64,000 nt of DNA from Promethearchaeati archaeon SRVP18_Atabeyarchaeia-1 (GTDB taxonomy: Archaea; Asgardarchaeota; Atabeyarchaeia; Atabeyarchaeales; Atabeyarchaeaceae), in the NCBI GenBank assembly GCA_037308085.1, contig CP147779.1:2176001-2240000 (forward strand), read 5' to 3'. The number at the start of each line of letters is the position of its first letter. Position 1 is the stretch's first letter. The notes below the pieces were generated by a model. It had not been told where the DNA came from. It saw only the letters and a list, made by a program, of their open reading frames with translations, and searched no databases. The position numbers and the translations under genes are program-made. Below, piece after piece: positions 49,776-59,007 of this stretch.

Positions 49776-52049
49776 TTATAGTATCAATGCCTCCTTTTTC
49801 CTTGGCAGTATACCGACTTCATGGCTGTAATCGGCTTCGACGAAGCTCATACCAAACTTTTCGCGCAGATCAAGGTCTTTTCTCTCGATTTCTTTGATTG
49901 TGTATATTGGTAGCTCTATGACGTGAGCTAGAACTTTCGCCCTCGCGTCGTTTTTGCACTTGTCGGATAGCTGCCTCCAGTTATCGAGTATGCTTTTCAT
50001 TTCTCCGTAGATCTGATCGTTTTCTCCCGTCGGTATGACTGGTAGTGATATGAATTTATCATCCCTCGTTTTCAAGAGGTCTTCTCCGAAAGAACTTCTG
50101 TGAATCTTGTCTTTGAAATCAGATAATGGTCTTAGCTGCAGGTACTTGTCATACGTTGTTCTGATTTTTTCATAGTATTCGTTATTCACTTTGAGAAAAT
50201 CAAGCTCTGATCTAGGGTTGAAGCCGTTAAGTACATCAAGGGTTGCTTTCATTTGATCCTCGGTGTATGGAAGCGGCTTCTCTGTTCTGAATACTTGTAC
50301 CTCACAGATTTCCTTCTCAGCCTTTCTGTTTACCCTGCCGCACCTCTGGACAAGAGCATCAAACGGCGCTATCTCTGTGAACATTACGTCAAAATCGATG
50401 TCCAGAGAAACTTCTATGATCTGCGTCGAGACCAGCAGGAAGGGCCTGTTCTTGAATTCATCCTTCTTCAGAGTCTCAAGGGCTTCCGTTTTCTTCCTCT
50501 TGTCTTCGTAGGAGAACCGTCCGTGCGTCAAAAGGATCTCGGTATCTTGATGGAACCTTCCTCTCTCCTTTAAGAGTGAGTACATAGCCTTCGCTCTATC
50601 TACTGTGTTCAGAACGACAAGAGCCTTCTTCTTATTTTCTTTAACCGCCCTTATTATTTCATCGATGTAACTTGAGTCATATTTCTCATTGTCAACCTTC
50701 TTTATCAGGAAATCATCTCTCAAACTAATTCTTACCCTTTTCTTGTCGCTGTATCTTTGGTCAACCAGGTTAGAAGGTAGAATCTCTGTCGCCCCGATTC
50801 TCTTCTTCAATTCGTCTTCTATTAGCGTTGGGAGTGTTGCTGACATGACTAATATTCTAGTATTGTGGTAGTTCTTGAGATATTCGAGGGCATCGAGAAT
50901 CAGAGCGAGTGTGTACGGTGAGTAGCTATGAATCTCGTCCACGATTAGGTAAGAGTTGTTCAGAGATACCTCAAGCAACGGATAGTGCCGGTAGTTCATT
51001 AATGCAAGCAAGATCCGATCTATCGTTGTTACTACCACTCTGTTAATATTGTATTCGTGGTAGCTCTTCTTGTCAAGTTGTTCTTCGTCATACAAGCTTA
51101 AGTAAAGCAGATGATGTGAGAATGAAACATTGCCTTTGCCAAAGTAGCGATCTTCAAACCTGTGTCTCATAGACTCAACCGTTGTTACCGTTGGTAGTGT
51201 GTAGATGACCTTGTTTATGCCACTCAACTTCGACAGGAGCGCTGTCTCGGTTTTCCCGTCGCCGGTTGGTAGCCTCAGGAACCCGCAATTGAAGGTTCGG
51301 CTCCTAACATGATCCTGGTAATCGTAGAGTCTCCATCCCTTGGCTTTGACATAGTTCTCTACACTTCTCCGCACGTAAGTCGGGTCCGTAATGAGTACCT
51401 TCTCAACATCTAATTCTCCACTCGCCACCCAATCTGACAGTCTAACCACGCCGTTAAAAAGTGAGTAAAGATACCGGTGGTGTGGCTTGTCCGAGAGATA
51501 GTCGTAGGACTCAGCCATGAGGTCGTAAGCGTTTTCGAAGTTCCCGTTTACCACCTCGTATCCAGGGGAGTCGTACCTTACGCGGCTATACAGGTCTCCA
51601 TGGTAATCCGAGTGATGGGTTGCAATGGATAAGAGACTCAATCTGGTTAGAAGCTCTTTCGCATTCTCTCCCAACTGCGGACAGTTCCGAGCTATGAACG
51701 AGTCGATGACCTTCTTTGCCAAGGGTAAGGAGAAAAGTGCATGCGGACATAAGGAAGGTCTATTCCAATTATTCCTCTTATCAGTTTGAAAACGTTCATC
51801 AAGCTTCCCCAGATCATGCAGATACGCATGCAAAACCATGAAACTTGTCAACATATCTTTGTCCACTGAGATCTTTCGTAGAAAGTCAAGAACGTTGCTT
51901 GCGACAAAAACTCGCTGCACGATTTTTTCCGATGCTTGCCCAACTTCTTGAAGGTGTTCGTATAGGTTCTTGTCTTCCTTTCCTGCAACTGATTTCAGTG
52001 CCTTGATAAATTCCTCAGAAAAGATAGACTGCATCTCCATCAAAATCAA
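49776..52049 (-). CDS. cas3: Cas3 HD nuclease-helicase
   Basis: LHDLGK, HH, LPTGDGKTE, DEIH, MSAT, QRCGRVNR. Confidence 0.96.
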   Translation of the reverse strand: MILMEMQSIFSEEFIKALKSVAGKEDKNLYEHLQEVGQASEKIVQRVFVASNVLDFLRKISVDKDMLTSFMVLHAYLHDLGKLDERFQTDKRNNWNRPSLCPHALFSLPLAKKVIDSFIARNCPQLGENAKELLTRLSLLSIATHHSDYHGDLYSRVRYDSPGYEVVNGNFENAYDLMAESYDYLSDKPHHRYLYSLFNGVVRLSDWVASGELDVEKVLITDPTYVRRSVENYVKAKGWRLYDYQDHVRSRTFNCGFLRLPTGDGKTETALLSKLSGINKVIYTLPTVTTVESMRHRFEDRYFGKGNVSFSHHLLYLSLYDEEQLDKKSYHEYNINRVVVTTIDRILLALMNYRHYPLLEVSLNNSYLIVDEIHSYSPYTLALILDALEYLKNYHNTRILVMSATLPTLIEDELKKRIGATEILPSNLVDQRYSDKKRVRISLRDDFLIKKVDNEKYDSSYIDEIIRAVKENKKKALVVLNTVDRAKAMYSLLKERGRFHQDTEILLTHGRFSYEDKRKKTEALETLKKDEFKNRPFLLVSTQIIEVSLDIDFDVMFTEIAPFDALVQRCGRVNRKAEKEICEVQVFRTEKPLPYTEDQMKATLDVLNGFNPRSELDFLKVNNEYYEKIRTTYDKYLQLRPLSDFKDKIHRSSFGEDLLKTRDDKFISLPVIPTGENDQIYGEMKSILDNWRQLSDKCKNDARAKVLAHVIELPIYTIKEIERKDLDLREKFGMSFVEADYSHEVGILPRKKEALIL

Positions 52050-52716
52050 ACACGCCCTTCTTGATAGGCTTTTTCAGTCGCAGTTCCACTCCAGAGTAGT
52101 AGAAAACGTTCAAGGGGACAAACCGTCTACTTCTGCCTTTGCCCACAAAATCTACTGGGATCTTTGTTTCTCTAGGTGGAAGAAAATCATCTTTTATTCT
52201 AGAAAATGTAGAATGGTATTCATTGTAAATATCCGAAGGAAGAATGCAGTTCAGCTTCTCCGCGGGCTTTTCCTTTATCTCCAGAAGCGTGACGAAATTC
52301 GGGTTAGTATGGGTTGGGTAAAACAGGTTCTCGGAGTCGCCCAGTGTCAGGACAAATTTCGGATCGCGTATTGCGTCGTGGGCTTCTTTCACCATATTAT
52401 CATCTTTCGAAGAAAGAAAAACTTTGTAGACGGGCATGTACACCATGTTCTTGGTTATCGGGTATCTTGGTGCCTCCTTGCTTTTGTATATTGCCGCCGT
52501 TTCGGTGAGAACCTCTCCGTGATTCTCGATGATTAATCCGTACCTGAAGTTCTTGATGTTCTCTAGAAACTCGTCTTCATTCCAACCTATTGCTGCGCCG
52601 ATCATGCCGATGACCGTGGTTTTGGGCGGGAACAGATATGTGTCCATCAGCAGCGAATTGTAGGGTATTCTGAAGAACGAGAATATCCCAGTCAGTCTCA
52701 GAGTGAGCCCAAGCAT
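52015..52716 (-). CDS. cas5: Cas5
   Basis: FRIPY...TYLFPPKTTVIGMIGA, LTLGDSE. Confidence 0.93.
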   Translation of the reverse strand: MLGLTLRLTGIFSFFRIPYNSLLMDTYLFPPKTTVIGMIGAAIGWNEDEFLENIKNFRYGLIIENHGEVLTETAAIYKSKEAPRYPITKNMVYMPVYKVFLSSKDDNMVKEAHDAIRDPKFVLTLGDSENLFYPTHTNPNFVTLLEIKEKPAEKLNCILPSDIYNEYHSTFSRIKDDFLPPRETKIPVDFVGKGRSRRFVPLNVFYYSGVELRLKKPIKKGVFDFDGDAVYLF

Positions 52717-52725
52717 AAAGACCGC

Positions 52726-53673
52726 CTACAATACCTTCTCTCTCATCAGATTGTCCTTCAATTCCTTGAGAGAAACTACTGTTATCTTCTTGCTGCCAAG
52801 TGCCTCAATCTCTTTTAGATTCTCGAATTTCTCCTTAAGCACCCCAATGTAAGCCTTGTTGATGTACTCATCGAAGGTTGAGAGCACTTCCTTGAGCAAC
52901 GCAGTATTCATGACGTATTTTTCGTCCTTGTACTCTTGCTTGATTCTGAAGTTGTCTCCCACGACCGGGATTTTCCTGTTGAGTAACACAACTACAACGG
53001 CTTCTGGATACGCTTTGGTGAAGAACCTCGACAGATGTCCTCCACCGTAATACGTGAGTATAGCAGTGAATAGGGCTTTTATTCTGCTTTCTCTATGGTC
53101 ATTCTCTATTGACGCTGGTTTTTCGACTTCACCTTTTATGAAGTTGCCCACTCTGTCCACTTCGATGAAGAAGTTTCCACGCATGATGTTAGTAGCGATT
53201 TCTGTTTCGTGTATGTTGTGTTGCTCTTCCCCGGAGGGGTCGTATCTTACACCAAAATCTCTATCCTCCTGGTATGGGAAGATAGAGATCATTCCGTTGG
53301 TTCTTACGGGGGCGGTCCTTTTCCACGTGACTTTGCCTGCTAACATGTAACCAAACAGGTCATCATCGACGTATTTTACGGGGTCACCAGCCGAAACCAG
53401 AACTTGCCCCTCGCCACGCTCTCCCTTCAGCTTTGTTATAGGGGAGATGCTTTCGTCGCCCAGAATCTCCCTTACCATCTGCTTCAACTGAAACTTTAGG
53501 GATTGTCCTGATACGCGGACGTATTCTTTCATGTCCACAGGATCTCGAACCTTTTTCAGGACACTGATAACTCCTTCTGTGCCATTAGAGTTCAGGTTTG
53601 CCCCTTCCACTCTCGTCAATGTCACAATCTCTATTCCTTTGTTTGCCATTCTACTTACCTCCATGAATCGCAC
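52726..53673 (-). CDS. cas7: Cas7 (Cst2/DevR type; start probably MANKG at 53649)
   Basis: ANLN, VSGQSLK, DDDLFGYM, KRTAPV. Confidence 0.93.
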   Translation of the reverse strand: MRFMEVSRMANKGIEIVTLTRVEGANLNSNGTEGVISVLKKVRDPVDMKEYVRVSGQSLKFQLKQMVREILGDESISPITKLKGERGEGQVLVSAGDPVKYVDDDLFGYMLAGKVTWKRTAPVRTNGMISIFPYQEDRDFGVRYDPSGEEQHNIHETEIATNIMRGNFFIEVDRVGNFIKGEVEKPASIENDHRESRIKALFTAILTYYGGGHLSRFFTKAYPEAVVVVLLNRKIPVVGDNFRIKQEYKDEKYVMNTALLKEVLSTFDEYINKAYIGVLKEKFENLKEIEALGSKKITVVSLKELKDNLMREKVL

Positions 53674-54985
53674 TTAACATTCCGTTTAGTAGTATTGCCT
53701 TGGCTTCCCTCCAACTTTTCTCACTTTCGTTTATTGCCCTCAAGTCCATGCTGATCTTCAGCTTCGCCTGTAACTCGACTAAGCTGCTGTAAAACTGCTC
53801 CAAACCTCTCGCCCTGAAAACTTCCCATACAAAGTTATCGAGGTTTGTCCCCTTCATCTTGCTGCCAAGCACGTAGCCAAGCTTATTTATCCGGTCAAAC
53901 ATCTCTTTCTCCAAACCAAATACCTCCATGAAGCTTGTAACAAAATAGAGATAGTTATATGGAACCACGATTCTTTCCTTGTGCTTTATCCTCTCCATTA
54001 TGATTTCGTTCAATGTTACAAAGTCAATCTTACCGTCCAGGAGTCCTTTCGCAAACTCCTCCCTTAGACGGCAGCTTTCAGCAAAGTCCCCCTTGTTCGC
54101 CATCAAGTTATCAAAGAATCCAGAGAAAACCAAATTCTCCGGGGTCTTTTTCATTGGTCTCTTCTTCTCATCCATTTTTTGCCAGTTTCCAACGCCTTCT
54201 TTTATCAGCCTCACGAAAAACTCAGTAAACTTGTCCAGTGAATTCCCTTCTACATACTTTTGATGGTATATTTGTTTGGAGCCTATTGCCAAGACCAATT
54301 GCACGTTGCCTATTGTGTCTTCAAGATCTTTTATCAGCTTTTTTTCGTATAAGATCCTCACAAACTCGAAAAGTGTCACAAGGATAGTTTCGTAGGGGTG
54401 GGCGGTTGGGATATTAAATTTCCTGATTTTGTTGAAGTTGCTTGGATCTCGCAGATCCGATGCTTTGAACCATGTGTTTATCTTCCAGAGATGTTCGAGA
54501 TCATAAGAGTCAAAGAAAAACATTAGTCTCCCTTTTTTATATAGATAAGCCATTGCCGAGAAAAGAGTGAATCCGCACTTCTTGCAAAGGCTTAGTCTCG
54601 CTTCCTCTGGTGTGATTGAATCGATTTTACGCTCGAAAGGGAACACATAGATTCTATTTGGAAAGACATCTTCTTCTTTTCCGCAGTATGAACACTGCCC
54701 GCGTTTCGTATTGAAGAAGGAAGCGCCAAGGATCTCACCATATCGAATGCTCCTTCCAGAAACCTCAAAGTATTTCTTCATGGCTTTCAGCATGTCTTTC
54801 TCAGTCGAACCAACGTTGCTGCTTCCAACCAGTTCTTCCACTGGCTTCCTGAAATTCTTTCTTATGAACTCGTCGGTCACGTCAATGACTCTGAGGACTT
54901 CGCCGATCGAAGAGAAGTCTTCTCTTCTCTCCTTCTCCATCTCCGCCAGAAACAGCTTTCCGTTGCGATAGTATTCGTCGAGCAC
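53651..54985 (-). CDS. cas8: Cas8 large subunit (Cst1/Cas8b-like)
   Basis: Position between cas6 and cas7; CSYC...CKKC zinc motif; helical C-terminus. Confidence 0.8.
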   Translation of the reverse strand: MLDEYYRNGKLFLAEMEKERREDFSSIGEVLRVIDVTDEFIRKNFRKPVEELVGSSNVGSTEKDMLKAMKKYFEVSGRSIRYGEILGASFFNTKRGQCSYCGKEEDVFPNRIYVFPFERKIDSITPEEARLSLCKKCGFTLFSAMAYLYKKGRLMFFFDSYDLEHLWKINTWFKASDLRDPSNFNKIRKFNIPTAHPYETILVTLFEFVRILYEKKLIKDLEDTIGNVQLVLAIGSKQIYHQKYVEGNSLDKFTEFFVRLIKEGVGNWQKMDEKKRPMKKTPENLVFSGFFDNLMANKGDFAESCRLREEFAKGLLDGKIDFVTLNEIIMERIKHKERIVVPYNYLYFVTSFMEVFGLEKEMFDRINKLGYVLGSKMKGTNLDNFVWEVFRARGLEQFYSSLVELQAKLKISMDLRAINESEKSWREAKAILLNGMLSAIHGGK

Positions 54986-55013
54986 AACCCTCTCCTCACT
55001 ATTACTTATATCT

Positions 55014-55031
55014 TGATCATATAAATGATCA
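55014..55031. promoter_or_regulatory. Palindrome overlapping the TATA box of an internal cas8 promoter
   Basis: TGATCAT-ATAA-ATGATCA; minus strand reads TTTATA ~35-40 nt before the cas8 start. Confidence 0.6.
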
Positions 55032-55036
55032 CCGTT

Positions 55037-55140
55037 GGGCGCGTTCGGGATTCTGCTGGGCTACTGGGGCCACATGAAGCCGCGCAGAATCATCATCGAT
55101 AACATGTTGGTGAAGTGCTTGTCAGTACACTTTGCGCCCG
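55037..55140 (+). ncRNA. Candidate structured RNA in the cas6-cas8 intergenic region
   Basis: Closing stem GGGCGCG/TGCGCCC, three internal hairpins, TTATAT ~26 nt upstream. Confidence 0.35.
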
Positions 55141-55158
55141 TAGGGACGTTGTGGGTGG

Positions 55159-55866
55159 TTATCTTAAGGGGTTTATGAAGCCGAAGCCTAGGCTGTTTTT
55201 CTCTCCGAGTCCGCAGTCCATTATGAACTCATAGAATTTCCTGTTCTCGACTGTGTCGATGCCGTATTTTTCAAGAAGTTTCCAGACGCTCCCTATTATT
55301 ATGAACTCTTTGTCTCCTCTCTTTGCTCGTACTGAGACTTCCTTTCTGAATACTAGTCTGTCGAAGATGTTTCCGGTCAGGTCGTAGTTTTCCATGTAGA
55401 AGGCGTTATACTTTTTTATGGCGTTCTCCTTGATGCGCTGTAGGAAGAAGCTGAGGTCACTGTTTCGCTCAAAAGAATAGTATCGGTTTTGGCGGTTATC
55501 TTCGTAAATGGTTATGGGGCTTGCAGAGATGAATCGACTGCTCAACTCGGGTCGAACTACTTTATGCCTAGCTTCAATATCGTGGTCGCCAAGCTTGAAC
55601 CTTCGCTCCGCTCTAAGAGTCTTCGTCATCGATTCTATTAGGTATTCATTAGGGGAGGAAATCAGGACGTTCTTTTCCTGTCCCACTCTAAAGTCGCCGA
55701 TTGGAAAGATGTCTGAGAAACAGAAGAACTTGAACCTGGGTAGATTATGGTATTCGTCAACATCTTCCTCTCTGATAAGAGAATAAACGAGCCCCTGAAC
55801 AGTATGCTTATTAATCGAGTCATAGGAGAAATCATCCACGGGTGAAAAGGTGAGTAGTATACGCAT
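55159..55866 (-). CDS. cas6: Cas6 endoribonuclease
   Basis: FKFFCFS, SPI, C-terminal GLGEKNSLGFG loop. Confidence 0.96.
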   Translation of the reverse strand: MRILLTFSPVDDFSYDSINKHTVQGLVYSLIREEDVDEYHNLPRFKFFCFSDIFPIGDFRVGQEKNVLISSPNEYLIESMTKTLRAERRFKLGDHDIEARHKVVRPELSSRFISASPITIYEDNRQNRYYSFERNSDLSFFLQRIKENAIKKYNAFYMENYDLTGNIFDRLVFRKEVSVRAKRGDKEFIIIGSVWKLLEKYGIDTVENRKFYEFIMDCGLGEKNSLGFGFINPLR

Positions 55867-55905
55867 GGGTACGAATTCATGATGCTTTTATTTTAAACTT
55901 GTGCA

Positions 55906-56051
55906 GGTTCCGTCAGCTTGCTGTGGGATGAGATTGGTGACATTACCCAGTATACCGAGTATCAGAAGCCCCCTGCCTACCAGAGGATTATCGCCACAAT
56001 TCCCCTAGGGTAAAAACAGTTTATTAGATCCCACGAAGACTTAGCAGAACC
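55906..56051. mobile_element. Degenerate short MITE related to the IS6-like MITEs
   Basis: Right end CGAAGACTTAGCAGAACC matches the copy B end at 17/18 nt; left end GGTTCCGTCAG..GTGGGAT is an imperfect inverted repeat. Confidence 0.55.
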
Positions 56052-56324
56052 CGATGGCATTCAGAATTTCATAACTCATCACAGTGACGCTCAAGAACGG
56101 GCAAGATCAACATTATTAGATCTGGCGATCATGAGCCATTGCTTGGATCGTTCCTACGCTTTGGACCAGAACTGAACACAACTCGGCTTATGTGAATCAT
56201 CCGAAGCAATGGATGATTAGAACTCGGCATGAGAAGACATATCAGGTCCCATTGGGCGTGCATGAGTAAACTGGAGGAGTCAGAAACGAAGACTGCCTAC
56301 TGACACACAGCAATTGTCAGCACG

Positions 56325-56480
56325 TACTGACGGAGGCGTTCCCCCAAGAAACTGGCTCATTTTGGGGGGTCTCGATGTGTCTTGTCATTGGGCCGTCCTG
56401 AGGGTGATGTTGAGTCTCGCAGCAAACGCCGTGAAGATACGGTCACTCAACGTCGGGCAGGTGGTGTTCATGCAGCGAGT
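56325..56480 (-). pseudogene. tnpB C-terminal remnant plus right-end motif
   Basis: CMNTTCPTLSDR..AARLNITLR resembles the TnpB C..C..DRD.NAA.NI tail; followed by the motif shared with 37708-37756. Confidence 0.5.
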
Positions 56481-56634
56481 GAGCCAACTCTCAGAAATGC
56501 TGTTCGTGGAGAGGAAGTACTTCGACACTTTCAAGAAGCTCTGCGCAATTGCTATAACCTTGGAGCAGCGCCAGTTGTCTGACGATAGGAAGGTGTATCT
56601 CGAGTAGCTACTACCTGAGATGCTGCGATAGGAG

Positions 56635-57855
56635 GTGCCGTCAGATTTGCCTATCCGTGGAAGTCTCCCCAAGGTAGTCTCGTCGGTTGAGAACGCGACC
56701 ATAGTCACGTTGGGCGGACTAATTGAGGGTGGCTCCATAATCATCAGGGATGGAAGGATAGCAGAGATCCTGAGGAGAGACTCTGCGTCCACTGAGCAAC
56801 GAGGATCTGCCAACAGGATTGATGCCAGAGACAAGATTGTGGTTCCCGGCATGATTGACATCCACACGCACGGGGTCCAAGGAGGCTCGGCCCTCGATTC
56901 CAAAGCCGAGTCAATCAGGAAGATGTGCAAGCACTTTCCAAGTCACGGGGTCACGGGGTTTCTGCCAACCACCTGTGCCGAACCCAGGGATGTACTTGTT
57001 GAAACTGCAAGATCAGTTGCAGAGATCATCCGTGAAGGAGCGCCTGCGAGCGGCGCACAAGTGCTGGGATTGAACCTTGAGGGGCCATTCATAAGCAAGG
57101 TCAAGCCTGGGGCACAACCCCCCAGTTTCATCAGAGATCCAAGCTTCGAGGAATTCGAGGAAATCTGCGAAGCATCCGGGGAAAACGTCAAGTTAATAAC
57201 TGTTGCACCAGAGCTGAAGGGTTCTCTTGAATTCATCAGGAGGGCAAGAGCAAAGGGCGTTGTCATCGCCGCGGGGCACAGCAACGCCACGTACGACGAG
57301 ATGATTGCAGGGATCGGTGCGGGCATAACGCATGCTTCCCATACGTACAACGCTATGAGAGAGTTCAAGCACCGCGATCCAGGGATGCTCGCCGCCATAC
57401 TCACGAATGACGAGGTAACGGCCGAGCTGATAGCGGACAACGTTCATGTTCACGAGGGAGCTATGAAGCTCCTCATCAAAGCCAAAGGCGTGGGCAGAAT
57501 TGTTGCAGTGTCAGACAGCATGCCACTTGCAGGAATGCCGGATGGAGAATATGATCTAATGGGGTTCAAGATTAAGATGAAGAACCAAGTACTCACTCTG
57601 CCCGGAGGGCAGTTAGCAGGCAGCGGAACCACGCTTGAGAAGTCGATGAGAGTCATGACGGTGAATCTAGGGATTCCGCTGTCCGACGCTGTGTTGATGA
57701 CCGCTACAAACCCAGCCCGAATTATCGGGATAGGCGGGAGCAAGGGAAGCATCGAAGAAGGAAAGGACGCTGACCTCGCGATCCTAAACAAGGAAGATCT
57801 TTCAGTCCACGCGACTATCATAAAAGGGCAAGTCGCCTACCAAAGGAGCTACTAG
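56635..57855 (+). CDS. nagA: N-acetylglucosamine-6-phosphate deacetylase
   Basis: PGMIDIHTHG, LEGPF, TVAPE, GHSNA, HTYNAM, ADNVHVH, LAGS. Confidence 0.95.
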   Translation: MPSDLPIRGSLPKVVSSVENATIVTLGGLIEGGSIIIRDGRIAEILRRDSASTEQRGSANRIDARDKIVVPGMIDIHTHGVQGGSALDSKAESIRKMCKHFPSHGVTGFLPTTCAEPRDVLVETARSVAEIIREGAPASGAQVLGLNLEGPFISKVKPGAQPPSFIRDPSFEEFEEICEASGENVKLITVAPELKGSLEFIRRARAKGVVIAAGHSNATYDEMIAGIGAGITHASHTYNAMREFKHRDPGMLAAILTNDEVTAELIADNVHVHEGAMKLLIKAKGVGRIVAVSDSMPLAGMPDGEYDLMGFKIKMKNQVLTLPGGQLAGSGTTLEKSMRVMTVNLGIPLSDAVLMTATNPARIIGIGGSKGSIEEGKDADLAILNKEDLSVHATIIKGQVAYQRSY

Positions 57856-58106
57856 AGAGAAAGTTGCGGAGACTAAGACCTGATTGGGCAGGAAAACTGG
57901 CCTTGTCTCCCCGAGAGAGAGTCTAGGAAGGCTCATGATGGCTTTCCGACGAGAATCTACCTCAGGGCTTTCCAAGACCCATGACCCGGAAAAAGGTCCC
58001 GACATCACGTGGCGCGCGTTTTCTTCATGCAGATTCACAAAAGAATTAATATTCGATCCGTCTCAGAATCATGCGGTAACTGTCAGCTCTAGGAGATGGA
58101 CTAGCC

Positions 58107-58805
58107 TTGACACCCAACAGCAAAAACAAAAATAGGAAACTTGGCAAGCAAAGGATCAAGGTCAGTGAGAATGGCCCCTACCTTGTATCCGGTGGAATTC
58201 CCCTGTTCACACTGACAATCTGCACGGATGCCACAGGGGATCCCAGTGGATGGCGCGTCGGTAAGAAATATCCCTTGCTAGAGAGCTATTCCCTTTGTCG
58301 CTGTGGGCAGTCAAGGAACAAACCCTTCTGCGATGGAACACACGCCAAGATCAATTTTAACGGCACCGAGACAGCCAGCCGAGAGTTCTATATCAAACAA
58401 GCCGAAAGGATGAATGGACCCGACATAGAATTGACTGACAATAGGAGCCTATGCTCCCGCGTTCGATTCTGCCATAGGGCGGGTGGAATCTGGAATCTCA
58501 TTCCGGAATCTGGGAACAGTAAGGCAAGAGCGATGGCTATCAAAGAAGCGGCATGCTGCGCATCTGGCCGGCTGGTCGTTTGGGACAAGAAGACTGGGAA
58601 GCAGATTGAGCCGAGGTTTCAAAAGTCAATAGCACTGGTTGAAGGACCGCAGGAAGGCGCAAGTGGCCCAATCTGGGTGCGTGGCGGAATCCCGATTGAA
58701 TCTGCCGACGGCAGCACCTACGAAATCCGTAACCGCGTTACCCTCTGCCGCTGCGGCAAATCCTCAAACAAGCCCTTGTGCGACGGGAGCCACGTCTCAA
58801 AATGA
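58107..58805 (+). CDS. CDGSH iron-sulfur domain protein
   Basis: LCRCGQSRNKPFCDGTH and LCRCGKSSNKPLCDGSH around a central Cys-rich domain. Confidence 0.93.
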   Translation: MTPNSKNKNRKLGKQRIKVSENGPYLVSGGIPLFTLTICTDATGDPSGWRVGKKYPLLESYSLCRCGQSRNKPFCDGTHAKINFNGTETASREFYIKQAERMNGPDIELTDNRSLCSRVRFCHRAGGIWNLIPESGNSKARAMAIKEAACCASGRLVVWDKKTGKQIEPRFQKSIALVEGPQEGASGPIWVRGGIPIESADGSTYEIRNRVTLCRCGKSSNKPLCDGSHVSK

Positions 58806-59007
58806 CCCGACACAATGCCGGGTCAGAGTCTACTGTTCTGCTGTAGAGATTCGGTGCGTTTCTGGAAGGAGTTTGGATCTGGGAAACCTTGGGGTTCCTG
58901 TCTCGCCATCTCGACACGAGATATATGCGGCTTTTCGATTGAACAAGCAAGACTTAAAGCTGAACATGGAGGAATATTCCTAGTAACGCTGAATCGTCGT
59001 TGATAAA

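Noticed and set aside
55037-55140. tRNA gene
   Set aside because: Has a 7-bp closing stem but no T-loop (TTCRA), D-loop GG or 7-nt anticodon loop
56314-56930. ORFs 56314..56607 (+) and 56385..56930 (-) as intact genes
   Set aside because: The minus ORF is largely antisense to nagA and only its tail looks like decayed tnpB; the plus ORF is its shadow
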